The position numbers were made by a program, and so were the translations under genes. A DNA stretch of 64,000 nucleotides from Sphingobacteriaceae bacterium (GTDB lineage: Bacteria > Bacteroidota > Bacteroidia > B-17B0 > Aurantibacillaceae). Of the stretch, positions 63,201 through 64,000 are shown in pieces. The stretch is taken from NCBI GenBank assembly GCA_023251725.1, contig JAHEYG010000004.1, positions 7,066 through 71,065 on the forward strand, written 5' to 3'. Within the stretch, counting starts at the first letter, position 1, and each line of letters begins with the position of its first letter. A model generated the notes under the pieces. The model was not told the origin of the DNA. It saw nothing but the letters and a program-made list of their open reading frames with translations, and made no database searches.

Positions 63201-64000
63201 ATTTTAGGTGCGGTTACAAGATTAGAATGGGCTGTTGCCGGAAGCGAACTTTATTTTTCTACAAAAGTAAATGACAGTACTTTTTATATGTACCGCACTT
63301 CGCATTTAAATTTTATTGGCGATTTATCTTCGGCCGATTATAGCGGTATTTTTTCAACCGATTTAGATTCTGTTACACTGGTACGAAAAAGCGTTCCGCA
63401 AAGAACCACTGCATTAGGTAAATTTAAATATCCAATAACCAGTATTTCGGTATTGGCTAACAACACCGGAATTTTAGTTACTACCGGTGGTAATTACAAT
63501 AAAACTTCTACTGTGTATTCAAGTATTGGCGATGTTAGAACCGCAAATACCAACACGGTTGATAACACCACTAACTTTACCGATAAAACAGGAACAGGTT
63601 TACCAAAAACACCAGTTTATTCTTCCTTATATGAAATGACTAATAATACTCACGTATTAGTTGGAACAGAACAAGGCATTTATTCTACTTTAGATATTAC
63701 TGCTCCGAGTCCGGTTTGGGCGCAAGAAAATGTGGGAGCAAGTAAATTACCAAATGTTCCTGTGTTTCAAATACGCCAGCAAACATTGCCTAACTGGTTA
63801 TCATCTAACTCGGGTGTAATTTATGTAGCAACACACGGCCGTGGATTGTGGTCGACCGATAAATATTTAGCTCCTTACTCTATTGGAGTAAATGAAATTC
63901 AAAATAATAAAGCAAAGTTTGATTCGAACATTCGTTTGTATCCGAATCCGGCGAGCGATGCCACCACTTTATGGTTTAACCCGCTAGGAGATGCTTCTTA
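60249..64000 (+). CDS. Large BNR/sortilin-like beta-propeller surface protein with T9SS type A sorting domain; 3' end beyond the window
   Basis: Not in the ORF track because there is no stop in the window. I read the frame from ATG 60249 to 64000 without a stop. Signal peptide ALIAGALLVAGNSYSQ; Asp-box-like STDAANNW and STDAGATF; internal ~100-aa repeats ending (L/P)TDS(I/M)(R/H)F(T/Y)F; the last residues RLYPNPASDATTLWFNPLGDAS open a T9SS CTD. Confidence 0.8.
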   Translation, partial: MISGLFKRKVKSALIAGALLVAGNSYSQLGLSWSEMGPDDVAGRCRAMIIDNTDPTGNTMYAAGTSGGIFKSTDAANNWAPLNDQSASLIVSSMAQAPNGVIYVGTGETFARGGDGSGLTGFIGKGLYKFSPGATSITLVKDSALFGNINEVVVDPTSNNKIYVAGDRGLFVSTDAGATFALGNTTVSAMDVKVTPDGTVYYSEGTKTSSTSQVWKSVSGTVGTFSNITPTLTTNNGRIEIAVSPSNPNYVYISIAKKFTPSTLIGGGLYAFYASNDKGVTWKLIIYGTAQLDPLTSTTSSSSSFGDYCNTLVVDPTNPGSVYIAGYVIYNWRQISGAAFGTGGWTQIGTEFGAGIFPLFVHTKVHDIKFLPSNSKQYFIATDGGIYKTVSLTNDPYFWPTAFLPFNKGFNISQFNSVAYQNFPKNIAATGSPSLNPAAGVAGGTSGNGPCYLPGTLNTLQTSVGYTSVDSYQSDFSKLLPNALFVSNGYGSIQRSNDIANVPPSTFYDAPYKVGAAGGPGTTTFANEITPMRLWENYGNVAPPVDFAIVYDVPIKSTFVNTGKNTYSFAINSTRPQAAAKYDTVYITATSTKKEGMSNHPATYNYTVANTLPVGPTAVTANTVTSAVTFTVVNTRPNANIKYSSIVMTSTPIPTNIVAAQSVTFTPVYTGSVVTSVLTTATATDNAIFITATPSATPTDSMHFTFDIAPDNISLISFQFNYLPTQTQFVLATTRPSSICRYDTIAVKSTNPLQTFTILPKYDYNANVVSYAFLGTGGNTLAVGNNTVTPYASLTDSIRFTFNTAPLLSSLITVRTHLRYVQNITLVPTYSGSTVTAVAAIGSANTVSPINNFVYPLKSLTDSIRFYFKTKPDDSCTISSVVKLRYNSGDYVTVNNTDISNSFFKDSLLLTSTLTSNSIPPFVKIPLRKSARMAVGITAAVYVVKRPLNFAINPDWVKIAGKNSRPDSASGMPAKIYSNTPAVPILGAVTRLEWAVAGSELYFSTKVNDSTFYMYRTSHLNFIGDLSSADYSGIFSTDLDSVTLVRKSVPQRTTALGKFKYPITSISVLANNTGILVTTGGNYNKTSTVYSSIGDVRTANTNTVDNTTNFTDKTGTGLPKTPVYSSLYEMTNNTHVLVGTEQGIYSTLDITAPSPVWAQENVGASKLPNVPVFQIRQQTLPNWLSSNSGVIYVATHGRGLWSTDKYLAPYSIGVNEIQNNKAKFDSNIRLYPNPASDATTLWFNPLGDAS

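Overview
This is a low-GC Bacteroidota-type chromosomal segment. Evidence for that placement: T9SS type A and type B C-terminal sorting domains, TAnnTTTG-type -7 boxes, rpmB-rpmG-DUF4295-ftsY synteny, and A/C-rich G-poor leaders instead of Shine-Dalgarno sites. I saw no rRNA, tRNA or CRISPR array by eye.

Layout of the window:
- 1-9 kb: a giant repeat-rich T9SS adhesin and a sortilin/BNR-type protein.
- 9-19.9 kb: a visibly more AT-rich, rearranged accessory region. It holds a 3'-truncated TPR/SpoIIE gene, a GNAT gene plus an ~80-nt remnant of a paralogue, and two sibling IS1595-family elements that share a conserved 236-bp non-coding right arm and carry different cargo. One cargo is an NYN-domain protein. 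The other is a RelA/SpoT-like synthetase plus a 3-gene small-protein operon. Three tandem tail-less SSB genes follow.
- 19.9-45 kb: mostly housekeeping genes (T9SS beta-helix protein, TonB-dependent receptor, PduO adenosyltransferase, PaaI thioesterase, thiolase, recG, APC permease, ComEA-like, mdh, carB, lysC, lysA, rpmB, rpmG, DUF4295, SIMPL, ftsY).
- 45.5-50.6 kb: minus-strand nucleotide-sugar genes (TviC/WbpP-like epimerase, rfbB, TviB/WbpO-like dehydrogenase, WbpB-like oxidoreductase, WbpD-like acetyltransferase).
- 50.9-59.6 kb: a tightly coupled 5-gene operon. It encodes a TolC-like OMP with an extra C-terminal domain, an HlyD-type adaptor, a pseudo-receiver/multi-CxxC zinc-ribbon protein, a processive GT2 synthase with a QRLRW motif, and a T9SS-secreted CotH/lamin-tail protein.
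- 60.2-64 kb: a large BNR-like T9SS protein that runs off the window end.

The two leads I consider most novel are the synthase operon and the cargo-carrying IS1595-like elements with the RelA/SpoT module. All domain calls come from motif recognition by eye, and HMM or BLAST confirmation is needed.
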